Shown here in pieces: positions 21,151 through 21,532 of a stretch of 21,532 nt of DNA. Numbering within the stretch: the stretch's first letter is position 1; every line of letters starts with the position of its first letter. The translations under genes and the position numbers were made by a program. The notes below the pieces were generated by a model. That model had not been told where the DNA came from, did no database searches, and saw nothing but the letters and a program-made list of their open reading frames with translations. Where the stretch lies: the NCBI GenBank assembly GCA_910592345.1, contig CAJVPI010000023.1, positions 62,001 to 83,532 of the forward strand, written 5' to 3'. This DNA is from Paraglomus brasilianum (taxonomy: Eukaryota).

Positions 21151-21532
21151 CCGGTATTAGAAACAGACGTATTGCTCTATAACGCTCTTAGAGATCCGCA
21201 TACTAATACGTATGCATCTATGTGAACTGATATTATAACAGACGCCAGAAAAAAAGTCTAACGCGTCCTGGATACGACTTTATTACCAAGCTACGGATAC
21301 CCGCTAATACAGATTGTAATAAAGAAGTGGTCAAATGGGAAGTGTGTATATGTAGAGAGTATTAGTGAAAGGTAATACGGTTTAGTCTAGAGGGAATTCC
21401 CGCAATTTATAACTAGTAACTTAGTAATGGCGCACGTTTGCGGGCAGTCACATGATTTTTCCTCATCAGCCTTAACTCTCGTTGGACGACCTGTCGGTGG
21501 CGCAAAATCGTGCTTATCCCCACCAAATATGT

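Noticed and set aside
21413..21532. Open minus-strand frame at the right edge (TYLVGISTILRHRQVVQRELRLMRK...)
   Set aside because: It may be the 3' end of a neighbouring gene, but it is too short and truncated to support.

Overview
AT-rich, intron-dense eukaryotic DNA, almost certainly fungal. The short GT-AG introns and gene content resemble Mucoromycota/Glomeromycotina, but that taxonomy is inference. The left ~13 kb is a compact housekeeping block. It holds the 5' part of TSR1 (-) head-to-head with a 27-exon DDB1/Mms1/SF3B3-like propeller protein gene (+), a PDX2/SNO glutaminase (-), a small two-exon orphan ORF (+) and ARP6 (-). The right ~8 kb is accessory. It holds a pogo-like TIR element carrying a 15-bp minisatellite, one intact three-exon small secreted protein gene, several decayed spliced gene fragments and a 546-bp Tc1/mariner-type MITE with perfect 27-bp TIRs and a TA duplication. 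I see no CRISPR, rRNA or tRNA, and no unambiguous novel multi-gene system. The best leads are the effector-like secreted protein, the minisatellite-bearing element, the orphan membrane micro-protein and a SIM-like motif in the Mms1-like protein. Exon models were built by hand and not verified computationally.
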